The notes under the pieces were generated by a model, which was not told the origin of the DNA, made no database searches, and saw only the letters and a program-made list of their open reading frames with translations. 64,000 nucleotides of DNA, from contig JBMHBP010000018.1 of NCBI GenBank assembly GCA_049890295.1, positions 1,911-65,910 of the forward strand, in the 5' to 3' direction. Made by a program: the position numbers and the translations under genes. The number at the start of each line of letters is the position of its first letter. The stretch's first letter is position 1. Below are positions 40,610 through 50,046 of the stretch, piece after piece. This stretch comes from Flavobacteriales bacterium. GTDB taxonomy: Bacteria; Bacteroidota; Bacteroidia; Flavobacteriales; UBA7312.

Positions 40610-41509
40610 ATGAACCGCTTTACATTTATATTTCTGACTTGTATTTATGCTTTATTCTTAGTTTATCAAGCATTTATAGAAATACCTTTAGAGCATCAGC
40701 TAATTGCGGCATCATTATTTATTTTATTATTTGGTATTCCACATGGTGCAATTGATCATGTATTATTTTTTCGCAAAAGAAAAATGTCAACCTTAAAGTT
40801 TTATACATTATATCTCGGCCTTATTGTCTGTTTTGTTGGCTTATGGTTCTGGCAACCCTTAATGAGTTTTGTGTTGTTTTTACTATTATCTGCCTACCAT
40901 TTTGGAGAATCTCAACTGGTTGATATTAAGCAATTACGGCTAAGGAATAAACCATTAATATATTTCAACTGGGGCATGGCATTGCTAGCCACTTTGATGT
41001 ATTATAATATTAGCGAACTGAAGGAAATAACTACCATTTTTCAGGATACAGTGAGCTTCAATTCTATTTATAATGAACGGCTCATGTTTTGGTTTTTTCT
41101 ATTTACTAATATATTGAATATCGCGACTTTATCTTTTCTTTTTTATACCAATAAACTGACTAGTCGCCGGTTTTCTTCAGAACTATTTTTGATAGCCTTA
41201 ATACATTTGACCTTTTTCTTATTCCCTTTTATAATTGGCTTCTCGCTCTATTTTGTGGTACTACATTCTATTGTAGTAATGCACCAAGAATATATGTTCT
41301 TTAAATCCGAAAATGAGTCATTTTCTGTTTTTGAATTTATAAAGCTTCTATTGCCTTACTCAGTATTAAGTATCGTCTTTACAGCATTATTACTTTCATT
41401 GTCTTACTGGGGGATAATTAATATTTCCGTCCCTTTCTTGGCAATAATAATAATCTCAGTCATCACTCTACCACATGCTATTGTAATGACTATATTTTAC
41501 AGTAAGTAA
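40610..41509 (+). CDS. blh: Brp/Blh family beta-carotene 15,15'-dioxygenase
   Basis: Polytopic membrane protein with GIPHGAIDH and later conserved His residues (YHFGES, LHS). Start set to ATG 40610, downstream of the terminator; the ORF-track TTG at 40550 is rejected. Confidence 0.85.
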   Translation: MNRFTFIFLTCIYALFLVYQAFIEIPLEHQLIAASLFILLFGIPHGAIDHVLFFRKRKMSTLKFYTLYLGLIVCFVGLWFWQPLMSFVLFLLLSAYHFGESQLVDIKQLRLRNKPLIYFNWGMALLATLMYYNISELKEITTIFQDTVSFNSIYNERLMFWFFLFTNILNIATLSFLFYTNKLTSRRFSSELFLIALIHLTFFLFPFIIGFSLYFVVLHSIVVMHQEYMFFKSENESFSVFEFIKLLLPYSVLSIVFTALLLSLSYWGIINISVPFLAIIIISVITLPHAIVMTIFYSK

Positions 41510-41513
41510 ATAG

Positions 41514-41762
41514 TTACTTGTCAAGATGACGACTTAGGACTTTCTCTAGCTTTCTATCGCTGGTACCTCCCCAGTGTTCTATTACTTCGCCTTCGTTGTA
41601 GAGGTAGAAGTAAGGAAAATACGGGGGTCTAATTTCTTCAGGCATATCTTCTTGCATGATGTGTCTGAATCCTAAAGATCGCTTTTCGGCTTCTTTTTTA
41701 ACGATTGGCTCAAAGGTTTTGCAGGGACCACACCCCTCTTTTTTTATCATTACAATTTCCAT
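41514..41762 (-). CDS. Thioredoxin-fold protein (CGPC)
   Basis: 82 aa with KKEGCGPCKTFEP active-site motif. Confidence 0.75.
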   Translation of the reverse strand: MEIVMIKKEGCGPCKTFEPIVKKEAEKRSLGFRHIMQEDMPEEIRPPYFPYFYLYNEGEVIEHWGGTSDRKLEKVLSRHLDK

Positions 41763-41821
41763 AATATACCGTATTTAATTTGAAAAAACAGTTGGTACAA
41801 AAATACGAAATAGTAATCTAT

Positions 41822-42202
41822 TTATTGGCAATTTTTACAAAGACCAAAAACGTTTAACTCAGTTTTCTTAATCCTAAAACCATCTAAGTTAACAGGCATA
41901 ACAGCAGATTCAATACAGAGCGTGTCTTCACAGTCAGAGCAGTGAAAGTGAAAGTGTTCATGATGGTGCCCTGAATCATTGCAGGCCTCCTTACATAATG
42001 CATATTTTTTGTCGTGAGGCAAAATAATTTCGTGTAGAATACCTTTACTTACAAATAATTTTAATGTTCTGTAGAGTGTTATTCTATCATACTCACCCAG
42101 CTTTTGCTCTATTTCCTTACTATTTTGAGCAGCAGATTTTTGATTAAAGGTATCTAGAACACGCTGACGAAATGGAGTTATTCTAACATTAGCACTTTTC
42201 AT
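41822..42202 (-). CDS. Fur family transcriptional regulator (Zur/Fur-like)
   Basis: Winged-helix N-domain (ITPFRQRVLDTF...ITLYRTLKLFVSKGILHEI), His-rich HHHEHFHFH, CSDC ... CKNC structural Zn site. Confidence 0.85.
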   Translation of the reverse strand: MKSANVRITPFRQRVLDTFNQKSAAQNSKEIEQKLGEYDRITLYRTLKLFVSKGILHEIILPHDKKYALCKEACNDSGHHHEHFHFHCSDCEDTLCIESAVMPVNLDGFRIKKTELNVFGLCKNCQ

Positions 42203-42230
42203 AGTATAAAGATAATTAAAATAGACTATA

Positions 42231-42249
42231 TTTGCAACATTGTTGCAAA
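42231..42249. promoter_or_regulatory. Perfect 9-1-9 palindrome, candidate Fur-family operator overlapping the receptor promoter
   Basis: TTTGCAACA-T-TGTTGCAAA. Its left arm overlaps the TATATTTG -7 box (42227-42234); it lies 6 nt upstream of ATG 42255 in the 52-bp divergent gap next to the Fur-family gene. Confidence 0.6.
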
Positions 42250-42254
42250 AAAAT

Positions 42255-44441
42255 ATGGGTAGACTTTTATTATTTTTTCTTTTACCTTCTTACACTATAG
42301 CTCAAACGCTTGGTATTGTTACAAACGAAAACAATCAGCCATTAAGCGGGGTTGAAGTTATAATTATGTCAACAGCAACACAAGTTGAAACGGACGATAA
42401 GGGAACATTCTCAATTGATAATAGTACCCCAAAGCGGTCGGTACTATACTTCAGTAAAGAGGGTTATAAAAGTCAAACTATACCATTTGTAGCTAATGAT
42501 AAATTCGAAATAACACTTTCAGAACTACACGTCAACATAGATGAAGTTGAGGTTTCTTCTATAAACAATAAACTATCATCTAATCAGACATTAAATATAC
42601 AATCTAAAAAAATGACTCAATTAAATGCGAGTTCATTTAACTTGGTTGAAAGCTTATCTAAAATTAGTGGTGTTGAGCAACAAACTACTGGTAATGGCAT
42701 TCAAAAGGTAGTGGTTAGAGGGTTGTCTGGAACCCGAGTAGTGACCTTGATGAATGGCACAAGAATAGAAAACCAACAATGGGGTACTGATCACGGTATT
42801 GGCGTAACTGACCTTGGCATAGGTAAAGTAGAACTAGTTAAAGGTCCAGCCTCAATTATTTTTGGTGCTGACGCTCTAGGGGGAGCACTCTATTTATCGG
42901 ACGAAAGCTTTAACAATAACAAACCGTTAGAAACCAAAATAATCACTCAATTTGAGTCAGCTTCAATGCTTATAAACAATCAAATTGGTCTGAAGTGGTC
43001 TAATAAAGCTATAAAAAACAATACACTAATCGAATATGGTTCGGTGGCTGACTATAGACTGCCTGATAAAACCTATTTATTTAATTCCCGTTATTCACAA
43101 ATGGCCTTTAAGACAGCCTTAGGTTACAATACTGACAAATGGGTGATGAATTTGCGGTACCAATACAACCAAAATACAATGGGAATTCCTGCTCATTCTC
43201 ACGATACAGAGCCAACGTTAGACCAGCTCACCTCCAGTTCTCAAAATAGATATCCTACTCGGCCAACTCAATTTAACGCCCTTCATTTATTAAATATTGA
43301 GAATAGCATATATTTTTCTAATAGTACACTAAAAGTAATATTAGCTAACTCTAACAATCGACTCGAAGAGTTTGAAGCATGGACTGTACCAGAAATAGAC
43401 GTTTATTTAAATTCTTCTCAGCTAAATTTACTATACTCAAAACCTCTTTCTAAGTATCTAAAATGGACAATAGGTTCACAGTCTGGATTACAGCTAAACC
43501 TAAATCAACCCGCCAGAACACAACTCATTGCTAATACTAAAACTACCGATTTAGGCCTTTATTCCTTGTTAGAATACAGTTCAAAAAGTCACCTTTCTTC
43601 ACAAATTGCTATCAGAATAGATAACCGAAAAATAGACTTACAAGACGGTTCCTTTTCTAAGGATTACAAGGCCATTAGCTTATCGTTAGGTTTAGCTAAG
43701 CAATGGGAAGAACATCATGTGCGAATGAGTTATTCGTCAGCCTTCAGAACACCACATTTTTATGAGCTATTAGCAAACGGTGTACACCATGCCACCAGAA
43801 GGTATGAAATTGGCGATAAAGATTTAAATATTGAAAAAGGTAATCAAATAGACTTTAGTTATGAGTGGACTGGCCACCATTTAGGTTTTATTATCAATCC
43901 TTTTTATCATTCCATCAGCGATTTCATTACTCTAAACCCTTTGGATAGTACTATAAAAAATGTACCCGTTTTCCGCTATGAACAACTCGATAATGTTGAA
44001 TTGAAAGGGGTAGAGTTAAACATTCATTTCCACCCCCATTTTGCTCATCAATTACATTTTGATATTGGGTTGAGTTTGTTGGAAGGAAAGTCAAAAGACG
44101 GCAACTTCTTATCCTATATGCCCGCCAATAATACACAATCAACAGTAAGGTATTTATTCAGTAAAAGACACAAAAAAATGCAATTAAAAACAGTATTCAT
44201 GGAACACGCCTTTCACATGGCACAACAGAATACGGCTATAAACGAAAAGCCTAGTGAAGCTTATCACTTAGTAGACGGTGGGTTGACTTTTTCATTTTAT
44301 AAAAACCCTTTATTTAATTTAACACTTGGGGTTAAAAATATTTTCAATGAAAGTTATGTTCCCCACCTGTCAAATTTAAAACCCTACATTATTCCCAACC
44401 AGGGAAGATCATATTTTATTAAACTAATTACTAATCTTTAA
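42255..44441 (+). CDS. TonB-dependent receptor with N-terminal carboxypeptidase-regulatory-like domain
   Basis: Signal peptide, CarbopepD_reg-like GIVTNENNQPLSGVEVII, plug (VVRGLSGTRVVTLMNGTRIENQQWG), long beta-barrel ending in an aromatic-rich strand. ATG 42255 is preferred over TTG 42240. Confidence 0.85.
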   Translation: MGRLLLFFLLPSYTIAQTLGIVTNENNQPLSGVEVIIMSTATQVETDDKGTFSIDNSTPKRSVLYFSKEGYKSQTIPFVANDKFEITLSELHVNIDEVEVSSINNKLSSNQTLNIQSKKMTQLNASSFNLVESLSKISGVEQQTTGNGIQKVVVRGLSGTRVVTLMNGTRIENQQWGTDHGIGVTDLGIGKVELVKGPASIIFGADALGGALYLSDESFNNNKPLETKIITQFESASMLINNQIGLKWSNKAIKNNTLIEYGSVADYRLPDKTYLFNSRYSQMAFKTALGYNTDKWVMNLRYQYNQNTMGIPAHSHDTEPTLDQLTSSSQNRYPTRPTQFNALHLLNIENSIYFSNSTLKVILANSNNRLEEFEAWTVPEIDVYLNSSQLNLLYSKPLSKYLKWTIGSQSGLQLNLNQPARTQLIANTKTTDLGLYSLLEYSSKSHLSSQIAIRIDNRKIDLQDGSFSKDYKAISLSLGLAKQWEEHHVRMSYSSAFRTPHFYELLANGVHHATRRYEIGDKDLNIEKGNQIDFSYEWTGHHLGFIINPFYHSISDFITLNPLDSTIKNVPVFRYEQLDNVELKGVELNIHFHPHFAHQLHFDIGLSLLEGKSKDGNFLSYMPANNTQSTVRYLFSKRHKKMQLKTVFMEHAFHMAQQNTAINEKPSEAYHLVDGGLTFSFYKNPLFNLTLGVKNIFNESYVPHLSNLKPYIIPNQGRSYFIKLITNL

Positions 44442-44451
44442 ATTTATACAA

Positions 44452-44721
44452 ATGAAGAAATTATCATTAATCTTATTTATTGGGGTACTATTTGCTTGTT
44501 CTGATAGTGACGAATGTCATGACTGCCATATTGCTTGGGAAAATGCTCAAGGTCAAGAGGTTGAAGTAGAATTAGGAGAGTTCTGCGGTGCCCAGCTTTC
44601 AGACTTGGAAAGTAATGGAGACACATTGGCTGAGCCAACCGTTGTTGGAATGGATACTGTACCTGCCGGTTACTACCCTGGTTCGTCTATTCATTGCGAA
44701 GAGCACGATCACGCTCACTAA
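44452..44721 (+). CDS. Small lipoprotein with Cys/His-rich ends (putative metal-binding)
   Basis: Lipobox VLFACS; CHDCH near the N-terminus and HCEEHDHAH at the C-terminus. Confidence 0.6.
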   Translation: MKKLSLILFIGVLFACSDSDECHDCHIAWENAQGQEVEVELGEFCGAQLSDLESNGDTLAEPTVVGMDTVPAGYYPGSSIHCEEHDHAH

Positions 44722-44737
44722 AATAAGTAACAATTTT

Positions 44738-44777
44738 AAAAAAGCTTATTCGTTTTGAATAAGCTTTTTTTTTTTTT
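44738..44777 (+). terminator. Strong intrinsic terminator
   Basis: AAAAAAGCTTATTC-GTTTT-GAATAAGCTTTTTT perfect hairpin followed by a long T-run. Confidence 0.8.
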
Positions 44778-44798
44778 AAAAACCTTATTTTTGCACCC

Positions 44799-47279
44799 AT
44801 GAAACAAATTCTTTTACTTTTCCTTTTCTCGATTACTACTATAGCTTTTAGCCAACCACCTAATATGGGTGGATTTGGAGGTAAAAATGCAGCTATGCAT
44901 ACTGGACAAATTAGCGGTAAGCTAGTCGATGCCGACTCGGGACAAGAGTTAGCCTTTGCCAACGTACGACTTTTTAGAAGTAATGATATTTTAATGGAAG
45001 GAACTATTACTGATGAAAAAGGCGGGTTTCAGTTCAATAACCTAGGTTTGGCAAATTATTATTTCCTTGTGAATTACATAGGATATGAGCAAATGCGCGT
45101 TGAAGTATCATTAAATAAAAATAAAACGTTTGTATTTCTCAAAAAGATAAAAGTTGAACCATCGGCAGTAAATCTTAAAGAAATTACTATAAATGAGGAT
45201 CGCCCTGTTTATGAAAGTAAGATGGAAAAAATTGTTTACAACGCAGAAAATGATGTTAACGAAGGGCTCGATGATGCTACAGATGTATTACGAAAAACAC
45301 CTTTACTTTCAGTAGATTTAGAGGGTAACGTTAATTTAAGAGGCTCATCAAATATTAAGTTTTTAGTTAACGGAAAAGAATCTTCCTTTTTTTCCAATGA
45401 CGCATCAGACGCACTACAGATGATACCTGCCGAGCAAGTAAAAAGTGTAGAAGTTATAACAAGCCCAACCGCTAAATACGACGGTGAAGGTGCTGCTGGT
45501 ATTATTAATATTATCACTCAACAAAAGAAAATATCTGGTTTTAAAAGTACCATCAATGGGTCATTCGGGACACGAGTTAACAAACAATCACTAGATCTAA
45601 ACTATGGAAAAGGTAAGTTTGGTTTCTCAGCTAGAGCTAGAGTACGTTACGGCTGGCCATTGGGTGGAGAGCAAACCTATCACCGATTAAATTATAGCGA
45701 TAACACAACGCTAACTAAAAACGCTAAAACAAAGGGCCAGTGGATTGGTTTTGGAGGAACCTCAGAAATGTTTTATGATATAAACCCATATAATAGCGTA
45801 ATATCTAGTGTCCAATTTAGAGGAAACAGACAAACCAACAAAGAATGGGCCAGAGATAGCCTATACGACTCGATCTTAGATAATGTTTTTTTAGATGAAT
45901 TAGCTTATCAAATTGATGATACAACGCGTTATTCTGATTCCAAAAACCTATCATTAGGCTACGAATGGACGACCGATTACATTAAAAAGTTTGCTAATCA
46001 TGAGGATAGAGAATTACGAATTGCCTTTCAATTAGGCGGAGATGTTTCCGATCAAGACAATTACGTGTATCAAAATTATATTTCAGCTAGTCCTACAGAC
46101 AGTATCATTAATAAAAATGATGGCAGCCCACTATCTTACACCTATCAATTAGACTATACACATCCCTTCAAAGATAAGCATACCCTAGAGGTTGGCGCTA
46201 AGTACATTAATAGAAATTACCTTAATAATTATTCTACCTTTCAAAATGTGTACATACAGCCTTATGAACAATTTGATTACACTCAAAATGTAGCTTCTCT
46301 TTACCTTTCAACCAAATGGCAGCTAACAAAGGATTGGGGAGCGGTAATAGGGCTGAGGGCTGAAAACACCTATATTTCTGGAGTTTGGAATTCGCAAGAA
46401 AATGGGCAGTGGGCTATGAATAACAAAGGCAGTTTTGAAAATGAATATACCACCTTATTGCCTAGCTTTATTCTAAGTAAGAAAATTGATATGATGAAGT
46501 CCATGAAAGCTAGTTATAGCAAACGTATTTTCAGACCAGGAATGCGTTATATTAATCCAAACTCATCTTATACGGACATTTATACCCAGGAAGAAGGAAA
46601 TCCATATTTAAGTCCTGAGTTAATTCATCAAGTTGAAGTAGGCTATAATAGTTTTGCCAGAAAATATAAGGGTAGTTATTACCTTTTTGCCAAGCAGTCT
46701 TATGACCTTATTGAGTCAAATGTGAGGTTAAACGGCGATACAGTAATTACATCCTATCGAAATATTGGCGAAAATCTTTCTGTTGGACTAAACTATTATG
46801 GATCAATAAGCCTGGGGGATGCTAACTTAAGAGCAGGGTTTAATTTATATACTTATCAAACTACTTCAGAAGATTTAGGCCGCATACTAATAAACTGGAA
46901 TATGGGCGGAAATTATGATTTGGGGAAAGGCTATAAAGCAGAGACGTTTGGCTTTTTTAGACCACCAAATCAAACGGCTCAAGGATATGTTCCAGGATTT
47001 TCAATGTTCTCCATAGGACTTAAGAAAGACTTCAGTAACAAACGAGGCTCTTTAGGCCTACGATTTATTGAACCATTTAAAAAATACAAATCGTTTGAAA
47101 CTAATTTAGAAGGTGACGACTTCCTTGTTTACAGCAATAGAAACGTAGTTTTTCGCTCCATAGGGATAAGTTTCAAATACACCTTTGGAGAATTGAGATT
47201 TGATGCTATCAAAGACCGAAATAATATCAAAAACGATGATATTAAAGACGGTGGTGGTGATAGCGGAGGTCAATTCTAG
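44799..47279 (+). CDS. Outer-membrane beta-barrel protein, TonB-dependent receptor-like
   Basis: Signal peptide, CarbopepD_reg-like GKLVDADSGQELAFANVRLF, plug-like LRKTPLLSVDLEGNVNLRGS, ~600-aa barrel, C-terminal Phe. TATTTTTG -7 box just upstream. Confidence 0.8.
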   Translation: MKQILLLFLFSITTIAFSQPPNMGGFGGKNAAMHTGQISGKLVDADSGQELAFANVRLFRSNDILMEGTITDEKGGFQFNNLGLANYYFLVNYIGYEQMRVEVSLNKNKTFVFLKKIKVEPSAVNLKEITINEDRPVYESKMEKIVYNAENDVNEGLDDATDVLRKTPLLSVDLEGNVNLRGSSNIKFLVNGKESSFFSNDASDALQMIPAEQVKSVEVITSPTAKYDGEGAAGIINIITQQKKISGFKSTINGSFGTRVNKQSLDLNYGKGKFGFSARARVRYGWPLGGEQTYHRLNYSDNTTLTKNAKTKGQWIGFGGTSEMFYDINPYNSVISSVQFRGNRQTNKEWARDSLYDSILDNVFLDELAYQIDDTTRYSDSKNLSLGYEWTTDYIKKFANHEDRELRIAFQLGGDVSDQDNYVYQNYISASPTDSIINKNDGSPLSYTYQLDYTHPFKDKHTLEVGAKYINRNYLNNYSTFQNVYIQPYEQFDYTQNVASLYLSTKWQLTKDWGAVIGLRAENTYISGVWNSQENGQWAMNNKGSFENEYTTLLPSFILSKKIDMMKSMKASYSKRIFRPGMRYINPNSSYTDIYTQEEGNPYLSPELIHQVEVGYNSFARKYKGSYYLFAKQSYDLIESNVRLNGDTVITSYRNIGENLSVGLNYYGSISLGDANLRAGFNLYTYQTTSEDLGRILINWNMGGNYDLGKGYKAETFGFFRPPNQTAQGYVPGFSMFSIGLKKDFSNKRGSLGLRFIEPFKKYKSFETNLEGDDFLVYSNRNVVFRSIGISFKYTFGELRFDAIKDRNNIKNDDIKDGGGDSGGQF

Positions 47280-47689
47280 TATAAATCCATTAAATACCTG
47301 ATAAGGTCAGTAGTAGTAACTATTCCTACCAGCTCTTCCCCATCTAACACAGGTAAAGAATGAAATTCGCTAGTAGCCAAGATGTCAGCCACATCGTAGA
47401 TAGTATTATCTTTTTGAATGACTATAAGGTTTTTTGTCATGACCTGCTCAATGCTTAACTCATCATAAATGACAGTGGTTAGTTCATCCCCATCGACAGT
47501 ATTTACAAAAGAAATTTTTTGCAAATCAATCTTACTCAACATACCTATCACTGTTTTTCCGCTAACTACTGGAATATGCCGAATGTTATTTTCTGTTAAA
47601 ATTTTATCAACTTCACTAAGTGTTTGAGTCGTATTTACCGTTACAATATCAGTCGTCATAATTTTAGATACAGGAGTTCGTTTTTTCAT
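47276..47689 (-). CDS. CBS domain pair protein
   Basis: Two CBS repeats (IRHIPVV...GMLSKIDL and FHSLPVL...GIVTTTDL). Confidence 0.8.
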   Translation of the reverse strand: MKKRTPVSKIMTTDIVTVNTTQTLSEVDKILTENNIRHIPVVSGKTVIGMLSKIDLQKISFVNTVDGDELTTVIYDELSIEQVMTKNLIVIQKDNTIYDVADILATSEFHSLPVLDGEELVGIVTTTDLIRYLMDLY

Positions 47690-47759
47690 GTGTTTGGTCT
47701 TACATTTAGTTAATAAGTGGCAAGGTAGACATATTCATTTCCATGACTTATGATTTCAA

Positions 47760-49199
47760 TCACATCTTTAAACAAACATTTTTAGGTTCGGTAAAAAATT
47801 CTAATGATTTAAAACCACCTTCTCTACCAAGGCCTGAGTTTTTCATTCCACCGAAGGGAATTCTTAGGTCTCTCATCATCCATGTATTTAGCCAAACTAA
47901 GCCAGAATCGATAGCCGCTGCCATTCGATGCCCTCTGCTAATATCAGATGTAAAAATACTTGCTGCTAAACCATAAGGCGTGCTATTTGCCATTTCAATA
48001 ACTTCCTGCTCAGATGAAAAGGGCATAATGCTAACTACAGGGCCAAAAATTTCATCTTGATTAGTTTGACAGTTATGACTTAAACCTTCAATAACCGTTG
48101 GTGCTATATAATAGCCATTTTTCAAATCATCTTCTAGTACAATACGATTTCCACCACATAATATTTGTCCTCCTTCTTTTTTAGCTAATTCAATTTTTTC
48201 CAAAATCTTTTCCATATGTTCTTTTGAAACTATGGCTCCTAAATCGTATTCCTCTTTCGGATTACCTACGGTCAACGCTTTAGCCTTTTCTACAAATTTT
48301 TGCTTGAAAGTATCGTAGATAGAAGCCTCTACAAATAGTCTAGAGCCGCACAAGCATATTTGACCTTGGTTTCTAAATGCTGCTTTAATAGCCATATCCA
48401 AAGCGTCATCCAAATTAGCATCAGAAAATACGATAGTCGGGTTTTTTCCACCCAGTTCTAAGGACAATTTTTTAAACATTGGGGCTACAACCTGTGCAAT
48501 TTTTGCACCAGTAACAGTTCCGCCAGTAAATGAAATCACCGGTGTGTCGGGGTGGCTACTTATAGCTGCACCTACCTTATGCCCATAGCCATGAACAATA
48601 TTTAAAACACCTTTAGGAAAGTTAATTTCTTGACAGACTTCACCTAAAAGATAAGCCGTATAGGGTGTTATTTCAGAAGGCTTGGCCACTACTGTATTTC
48701 CAGCAGCTAATGCAGGAGCAATTTTCCAAGTTAGAAGGTACAATGGTAAATTCCAAGGGGAGATACAACCAACAACCCCTATTGGCTGCCTCAAAGTGTA
48801 ATTGATGGCTTTACCATCCATTTCATGCAATTGTGAAGAAAAATGTAAAGAGGCTGTAGCAAAAAACCTAAAATTCTCTGACGCCCTGGGAATATCTACT
48901 TGTTTGGCCAGCCATTCAGGCTTTCCATTATCCTTACTTTCAGCAATCACAAATTCATCAAAACGAGCTGCTATACCGTCGGCCAGTCGCATGAGGTGAT
49001 CGTGACGTTCTTGTTTACTTAGTTTACTCCATATCGGAAACGCCTGTTTTGCTGCTCGTACAGCTTTTTCAACATCTGACTCATCGCTATCAGGAATTTG
49101 TGAAAATACTAGACCGTTGATAGGGCTTTCATTATTAATGTATTGCTTTGAAATCGGCTCAACTTGTTGGCCATCAATATAATTAAATACTGTTTTCAT
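47760..49199 (-). CDS. NAD-dependent aldehyde dehydrogenase, probable 2-aminomuconate/2-hydroxymuconate semialdehyde dehydrogenase
   Basis: ALDH motifs LELGGKNP and FRNQGQICLCGSR (catalytic Cys). The specific role is inferred from the adjacent HAAO and ACMSD genes. Confidence 0.75.
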   Translation of the reverse strand: MKTVFNYIDGQQVEPISKQYINNESPINGLVFSQIPDSDESDVEKAVRAAKQAFPIWSKLSKQERHDHLMRLADGIAARFDEFVIAESKDNGKPEWLAKQVDIPRASENFRFFATASLHFSSQLHEMDGKAINYTLRQPIGVVGCISPWNLPLYLLTWKIAPALAAGNTVVAKPSEITPYTAYLLGEVCQEINFPKGVLNIVHGYGHKVGAAISSHPDTPVISFTGGTVTGAKIAQVVAPMFKKLSLELGGKNPTIVFSDANLDDALDMAIKAAFRNQGQICLCGSRLFVEASIYDTFKQKFVEKAKALTVGNPKEEYDLGAIVSKEHMEKILEKIELAKKEGGQILCGGNRIVLEDDLKNGYYIAPTVIEGLSHNCQTNQDEIFGPVVSIMPFSSEQEVIEMANSTPYGLAASIFTSDISRGHRMAAAIDSGLVWLNTWMMRDLRIPFGGMKNSGLGREGGFKSLEFFTEPKNVCLKM

Positions 49200-49207
49200 A
49201 ATTAAAT

Positions 49208-49990
49208 TTATAAAGTCCCTGTCCTACCTCCATCGACAGGAAGATTAATACCATTGATATAGCTGGCAGCCGGTGAACATAAAAAAGCAATAGCATTAGC
49301 TACTTCTTCAGCCTCACCGAAACGCTGGGCAGGAACCGTTGAAAGCATAAGTTGTGCAACGGCATCTTCTGTTTTATGTTGAGCCTTAGCCTTTTTACTG
49401 ATAAGTGTTTTTAGTCTATTGGTATTTGTAAAGCCTGGCAAGACATTATTCACAGTAATGCCGTGTTCGCCTAGCTCATTTGCCATTGTTTTGGCCCAAC
49501 TTGCTACAGCACCACGAATAGTATTTGAAACACCCAAACCGTTTATAGGTACTTTTACTGACGTTGAAATAATATTGATAATTCTTCCATAACAGCTCGT
49601 TTGCATAGTTTTCAGTACCGCTTGTGTTAGTAATTGATTACATAGCAGATGCATAGAAAATGCTTTTTCAAATTCGATAAGTTGAGCGTTTTTGATTGGC
49701 CCGCCGGCTGGTCCACCCGTATTGTTTATCAAAATATGAATAGGTAATCTCTCTATAGTATTAGCTACTTTTTTTACACTTTCGATAGCTGAAAAATCAG
49801 CACATAAATACTGGTGTTTTTGGCCATTAGCAGTATTCAGTGTTGGTAAGATAGCCTGTAGTTTATTTTCATCGCGAGCCAGTAACCAAATAGTAGCTCC
49901 CAAATCCGCTAAGGCATGCGCAGTTGCTAAGCCTATACCCTGAGTACTTCCACAAACCAGAGCGTTTTTATTAGATAAGTCTAAATTCAT
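49208..49990 (-). CDS. SDR family oxidoreductase
   Basis: ALVCGSTQGIG cofactor motif and a NNTGG-like motif. ATG 49990 is preferred over TTG 50008. Confidence 0.8.
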   Translation of the reverse strand: MNLDLSNKNALVCGSTQGIGLATAHALADLGATIWLLARDENKLQAILPTLNTANGQKHQYLCADFSAIESVKKVANTIERLPIHILINNTGGPAGGPIKNAQLIEFEKAFSMHLLCNQLLTQAVLKTMQTSCYGRIINIISTSVKVPINGLGVSNTIRGAVASWAKTMANELGEHGITVNNVLPGFTNTNRLKTLISKKAKAQHKTEDAVAQLMLSTVPAQRFGEAEEVANAIAFLCSPAASYINGINLPVDGGRTGTL

Positions 49991-50046
49991 GAAGTCAAAA
50001 ATAGCCAAATTTGTGTAAATTGCTGATCAAATCAAAGATCGAACTT

